A stretch of DNA of 64,000 nucleotides from Squalus acanthias (taxonomy: Eukaryota), in the NCBI GenBank assembly GCA_030390025.1, contig CM059441.1, positions 20,894,001 through 20,958,000 of the forward strand, read 5' to 3'. Both the position numbers and the translations under genes were made by a program. The notes below the pieces were generated by a model. The model had not been told where the DNA came from. It made no database searches and saw nothing but the letters and a program-made list of their open reading frames with translations. This document shows, in pieces, positions 57,706-64,000 of this stretch; position 1 is the stretch's first letter; the number at the start of each line of letters is the position of its first letter.

Positions 57706-60700
57706 TACCAAGTGACCAGTTTGGATAAACATTAATTTAAAAACTTCACTGATCATATTGTTTGTTTAAAGTAACATTTACCAATGCCGCTGATTTGTGT
57801 CACATAACTGCAGGTCTTCCCTGGTCTGTTGAAGACTGACACGTTAACCATTTCACTGGATTTTTCCCCTGATTATTTGAGCCTGTGCAGTAATATTGGT
57901 GATGTTGCTGTTTGAAGGATTGACAATGTAGATCCAGTTTATTGGTGTCAGAGATCTTTGAATCTTCAGACGGGGTCTTTTCGTACCATTTGTACTGAAT
58001 GGGAAGGGATCCCTGGACAGACTCACAGGAGACTGACACTGAGCCCCCAAAACATGAGACATTTGGTGGCGATAAAAATCTAAGTACAGGAACTGACACG
58101 GATTCTGTGGGAAAGAAATCAACATTCAGATACTGACTGAACATCTAAAAATCAAATGCTCTCTAATTTTCAGCACTTCTGTATCTCAGCCAGGGCCTGC
58201 CATGTTGGAATCTCACCGGCACATCTACCTCTCCATGTCTCTCCACCCTCTGAGCAGCCTGAACTACCATGTCTGCCATTATATCAGAACATAGCAGGGC
58301 TCCCGATCAGGACAGCAGCAATGATACTGAGGATGTGTCAACGTGAAAATCTGGGCTCACAATTCCTCTCAGTAGCAGGTAGCCAGCCTCCAAAGCTGTT
58401 TAATTGTTTGACTCTCGAACATGAATTAGTTGGAGAGAGTCCCAGAAAACCACAGCAGAATATACGGGAATAAAATTGGCAGATATCTGTTACATTTTGT
58501 GGCTTTAGATCAGGAGTGTTATTGTGATTGTTTTCAGTTAACTGCAGCTGAAAAGGAATCCTTTGGTCCCGACATTTGCGAGGAGGCGGGGAGTGAGCGA
58601 GTGTGTGGTCGGGAAACCTGGAAATGCCGGAAGGGTGGAGGTCGTGCCGAATTTAACGGCAGGATCTCATTCGAATTCCTGTCTGCCGTTTCCCGCCCAT
58701 CAGTGGGAGATCGCGGGAGGGGGGAGGTTAGCCGATCGTGGGTTCTTGGAGTTGGCCAATTGCTGATTGGGGTGGGGGGGAGAGGTCACGGCAGAAGAAG
58801 GTATAGGAGACAGAGGCTGGATAATTTGATACGGCCCAAAAACAGTTCGGACCCACCACACCGGACATGCCTCGAAGTTATTATCCAGGCCATTGCATTT
58901 AATAGTTGGTGCATCAGAGGTTACTCTTGGGAGGAAGATACTGTCTCAAAATTAATAAAGAGGCTTCCTTTACCATTAAAACAGTGACCTAGCTTTTCAA
59001 TTCGAGTTCAGTTTGCTTGAAATGTTGAACACTGTTCTACAGACCAAAGTATCTCATTGATGATGTGAGCCACCCATCATATCAGGAAGCCTATGAAATC
59101 TGTTAAGCTCTGTGGATTGATTCTATTTTTATTATTTTCTAAGAATTCATACCATTAGTAACGACTTGCTGCTCACTGCTTTTGTTATTGTCTGACTATT
59201 AGTTTCAGTCTGAATGCAAACAAATGACATTTAATACAGTTCAGAGACAGGAAAATGTGGTGAGCATCCCACATGATGTCTGGCGCAATAGCCGATAGTT
59301 AAAGGAATTGTTCGTCCCATAATACTTGAAATTCTTGGTCAGCTCATTGGACAGGCCACGAATTGGGAATGTGTAACATGAGTCGGATTTCCCGACCTCT
59401 GCCCGCTACCTGTGAGACTCTGCACTGCTGCGGAGCCTCGGGATATCGGAGCTGTCATGTTTCCTCCCAGATAAAACATTGATCAGACATTTCAGTAGAG
59501 AGTAATAAAGTAAATCGCTGAGAAATGTACCGCAAGATATTTGTAGCTCTACAGCTAACATTGGATCGAGGGCGGGATATTGTTCAATCCCACAGCTGTA
59601 CCATCCTGTATCTTCTGAGAGAAGATCCTTCATAGTAACAACAAATATTCCTCCTGTCTTGTTATCTGCGATGGACATTCTTCCATGTGGCCCATTTGTT
59701 TTTACTAAATCTGAACAACAGTGAGTCATCCCATGACACCAATATATCACATGTGACTGGTACTGTTTGTCACAGTGACATTTTACTGTGATCGCTCTTC
59801 CCACAACTCCTGTTACATTATCTTTTGCCCACAATGCACCTGAAAATGAGGAGACAAAATTTCAGAAATTGAACAGGAAATAACTGCTTAATACAAACAG
59901 ATACATTTTAATAAGAGTTACCACTCTGTACAGAGGAATCTCTCCACTCCATGTATTAATACAGTTGAATTCCTTCTAGTTTATGATGAAAGAAAACTTT
60001 AATATAGTGCCTTATCACATCCTCAGGATGTGCCAAAGCACTTCACAGCCAATGATTTATTTTTGAAATATCATCTGTGTCTCAGTGTTAGCACTAATGC
60101 CTCTGAGTCAGTAGAATGTGGGTTCAAGTCCCACTCGAGAGACCTGAGCCTAAAATTTAGGCTGACACTCCAGTGCAGTATTGAGGGAGTGCTGGTTAGA
60201 ATTTGTTACGACACCAATTAACTTGCTCGGAGGGGAGCTTGTTCTGTGGGGAAAGAGTTTACACTAAAATGGCAGGAGGGAGGTTAAAGAGGCAGAGAGA
60301 AGAGCAGAAAGGACAAAGGAAATAGGAAAGATAAAAGAGGGAAATGGGGAGGTAAAGGAATATCAGATCAGAAAGAGGCAGGACTGTAAAGAGGAAGATT
60401 ACCAAGCAGACAGAGGCACAGGTCAGTTGCATAAGTACATAAAGTATTCTGTGTAAAATTGGTAAGCGAGAGGCACAAATCTTTCTGGGGAAGTTTGATG
60501 TAATAGAATTAAAGGTCATGGCTTAGGGTAGGGTGGGACTGGGAGTTCAACATTGATGGTTACAAAATACATTCGTCATAAATGGAGGAGAGTTGTATTA
60601 ATCAAAAATTCCATTACAGCATAAGATTAATATGGGGCGGGAGTGAAAATACTAAATCTACTTGGTTAGAGTTAAAGAGTGAGAAGAAAGCGGTTACTTA

Positions 60701-61842
60701 CTGGAAGAGTAATATAGACCAACCCTTTACCAGTGAGGAACAGTGTCACTGACAGAGCCTCATGAAACAATATTTCATCAGATGTACTTTAAATAACAGA
60801 AACAATTGCAAACTCGAGACATGTTCAGTGTGAGGGATTATTACTGCTGCAGTCTTCAGTGTATATTGGACAGCAGACTACATTAAAAAATCACTTTTCA
60901 CAGATTAAAATGGGTTAACTTTGCATTTTGATTATGTTACTTATGTAGCATTTCAAAAATTAAATGGGCCTTATTTTCCATTCACAATGAATGATGCAGT
61001 TTAGTATATGTTGGTAAATATTTGTGTGGTACAACAGTACAGTCAAAAAGAGATTACAAGACTTCACACAAATATTATTCATGTATATTTTTGCTGGGTA
61101 TTTTGTGCCTTTACATGTCTACAAATATTTAAACCTCTCTGCTCTATAAACCGTACACTAGACTCAAACTAACACTGATTATCTGAATATCACGCTCTGG
61201 CTGTCACTCACTGGGCAGGGAACAAATGAGAAAAATCAGAATCCACATCGTTTTCTTTGTAAAGTTGAGGTCAGTCTTCCAGCTCTTAATTCTCATCTCG
61301 ACTACAGAAGACACCGCTCTATATCTGTCTCTTTGATGAGCTGTAGAGAATTGCTGCCAGGAGGGTGTTGAATGCCTGCTGATATGTTTATCAACATCTT
61401 GGGAGGTGTGGCCAAACAGGCTATGCATTGCTATTGAATCACCCTGACATGTCTGATTTCCTGTACTATTGCTGGAAAAATAACGACGTGTGAACAACAC
61501 ATACCTTCATTAATATGCCAATCAGCCAGCAACTTGTGGCGATCAAGAGACACCCCAATGAATTGCGAATCGCCACAAGTTACTGAGTGATATGCGCCGC
61601 TCATCCATTACCTTCATGAAAACGGCAGCTCGCCATTAACCTCTACATGTGTTTCAAGAAGTTGCTACATTTGCCCATTGATTAACCATTAAACTCGCCA
61701 CAGAAAGTTAAGTCTAGTCATTAACAGGGTAAGTACCCTTTTAACATTGTGATAATTGTTAATGACTGCCAATCAAATGCACTGGCCCAGAAAGTGAACA
61801 ATTAAAAGTGTCACGTCTCATTCCTTCAGGTATTGAATTGTT

Positions 61843-62626
61843 GGCCGGATTTTGTGTTGAGAATAATGGTAAGACTACCAGCGCTCACCGTTATTATGGA
61901 GTAAATGGGACAGCAAGTTCCGGAGTACGCACACGCGCATTTAAACGTGGAAATCCATATGTTGCATTTCAAGTTACCCTACTTCTCCACAGGCTGTGCC
62001 ATAACAGTAGCTCGCCAGTAGACTCGGCATTGAAATCAATGTAAGGGTGTGAAGCTGTGGTAATTACCCACTAGTTACCCAATAAACATAGCAGAAAAAG
62101 TTAGGGCTTGTGCATTCAGGTGTAAGTGAATTTTCAATGGCGTGGTAAGTCATAATTACTGCCAAACGACCTCTCTGGCCCTGAAAATTTAATTTCACAA
62201 GTGTGGAGTCTCATTCCTTCAGAATTTAATTAATGTTGGAGATTTAATAAAAAATGTAAATTCATTTTTTTTAACTTTTCCTGTCTTTTCTCTTTTATCT
62301 CTCTCTTAATCCCTTTCCTCTTTCTCAAATCTTTGTTTCGCTTTCTGTACATGATTTAAATTTATTTTATAATTTCTGGTTTATATTTCCTGGTTCAGAC
62401 TTTGCGTGTCTCAGTGAGGATTCTTTAATCTGATTGGTTGATGAGCCTCGCTTTTTCTTAGCCTGCTCACACATGCCACAGATCCCCTGTAGAGGACACC
62501 GCGCTGAATCAGACGCCCGATGACAGCAGGTCTCCTCCGCTCAAAAACCTGCAAAATCTCTGTGGGAAACTGTCAGTGTAGTGAACGCAAGTGCCATTCC
62601 TTTGCCGCTGATCGCAAAATCCGGCC
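61843..62626. mobile_element. Non-autonomous DNA element with GGCCGGATTTT TIRs nested in a related repeat
   Basis: GGCCGGATTTTG...CAAAATCCGGCC, flanked by attgtt on both sides. Confidence 0.8.
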
Positions 62627-63519
62627 ATTGTTGGAGATTTTAAAAATGTCAAATTTTACACTTTTTAATTTCTTTTCTTACCTGTGCTGTTCGCACAGAT
62701 AGGATGAGCTGCCTGTGCCTAGATTGTCAAGGCTGGAGGTCCACAGGTACCATTAGGGCTCCAGGTTGGACACCACTGGAAACATTTAAACCCAGACCTC
62801 GCAACTTCTCAATCAAGGAGTGAGCCTGAAAAAATCAGGACAAGTGGCCAAAATCAGGGGCTCTTACTGAAACCCAGCAGTATCCCAGACGTCTGCTGTC
62901 AGTGGCAGAGGACTCTGACCAGTGCCTTCGGTCACAAAGTGACAGTGACACAAGGCATGTACTGAGGAGCACGGAGAAGTCACAGATTGAGGAGTTCAGA
63001 AAGACTGAGTTTGGTGGGGTGCACCATCTCTCTGGGGAGGGAAGCACAGAGTGCTGATATGGGGTGAAATGCATAAAGAAATAATTGGTGGCTGCCTGCT
63101 ACCATTGGTTACTGTCTTTCACAGTTTCTTATCTTAGTTTCACTCTTTACTAATTTAAAGTTCGCACTGTTTCAATTTACCACTCCCGTTCCTCCAACTG
63201 CCTTCTTCCTTTCCATCTCTTCCCTTCAGCGCTAATTGGCTGCCACTTTTCCCACATTACAACAGTGATGCTCTTCAATATTACTTCATTGCCTGTAAAG
63301 TGCTTTGGGACATCCTGAGGATGTGAAAGGTGCTATGTAAATGCAAGTTCTTTCTTTCAAATCATTAACAATAAGCAAGTTCCAAATAAGCCAGGATTTA
63401 AATGTTGCAGCTCCATCAGTGGAACAACAACATTTCTAAGTAACAAGAACCTCACAGGGGAGTTCTCCTGGTGCCCTCACCTATATTTATCACTGAACCA
63501 ACACCACCAAAAGATATAA

Positions 63520-63971
63520 ACTGCTCATTAAATTCATACCTGTTTGTGGGACCTTTCTGTGTGTAAGTTGGCTGCCACAGTTGCCTATGTAACAACAGTG
63601 ACTAGTCTTATCTCCAATGCCTCTCACTGTAAGGGTTCTGTGCGAAAGCTCGAAGAGTCTCAATCCATCTTTTTGGTATGCTACCCCACATCAGTGGGTC
63701 ATCTTTACCTAACTTAGACAAAGAATCCTCGAATATTTCTAACTTCTTCACCTTAGTGAAGCCCTCACAAGTTTCTCTTTACCAAACCTGATTGCTTTTG
63801 TAGCCTTGCTGTTTCAAAAAGTCTCATCTTGTGTGCCTACCTCTGTGTAATTTATCTCCCACTATTCACAACCAGAAAATAAAAGCCTGCCAAATCTTCT
63901 GCTGAGCACGTGGGACCAGCATCTCCTCAAACAAATAGGTGCAGTGTGCTTATTGATTACCAAGATAACCT
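63520..63971. repeat. Paralogous copy of 19333..19781 (segment downstream of a TM exon)
   Basis: Colinear, high similarity; the candidate exon starting at 63808 reads QGYKSNQVW*. Confidence 0.85.
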
Positions 63972-64000
63972 AACAAATTGATTATTATTTACAGTCTATG

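Larger units (their letters stand above)
53973..61248 (-). pseudogene. Gene B: partial duplicate of the receptor (SP 61248..61212, IgV 59839..59531, IgC2 58104..57782 with 1-nt deletion, stalk 54093..53973); no TM exon of its own
   Basis: Exon-by-exon homology with gene A. C4 instead of C5 at about 57866..57869 shifts the frame. No TM exon was seen between 47100 and 53970. Confidence 0.82.

Noticed and set aside
58430-58987. 185-aa ORF in gene B intron
   Set aside because: It spans a GC-rich repeat fragment and intron, with no recognisable domain.

Overview
This is eukaryotic DNA, most likely from a cartilaginous fish (shark or ray), judged from HER1/CR1-type LINE tails, Deu-domain SINEs and MDIR/CD300-like receptor exons. 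It is not prokaryotic. Most of the window is nested transposable elements: Harbinger transposons and their MITEs, CR1 and L2 LINEs, a Penelope element with a hammerhead ribozyme, a CsRn1-type Gypsy element and an ERV env plus LTR. Host content is a minus-strand tandem cluster of CD300/pIgR/MDIR-like Ig receptor genes. Gene A (47071..27836) looks intact: SP-IgV-IgC2-stalk-TM with Arg-short tail. Copy B (61248..53973) is a partial duplicate lacking a TM exon, and there are orphan TM/tail exons of further paralogs. The most unusual object is a minus-strand LTR retroelement (16491..12152). It has a 1.64-kb LTR (solo copy at 54123..55764), an 18-nt tRNA-Arg PBS and almost no leader. Its open Gag has a coiled coil, overlapping PSAP/PPxY late motifs and one CCHC knuckle, and is joined in frame to a DTG protease by a CAA-UGA-CUAG readthrough context followed by a hairpin. 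All calls were read by eye; no database searches were run.
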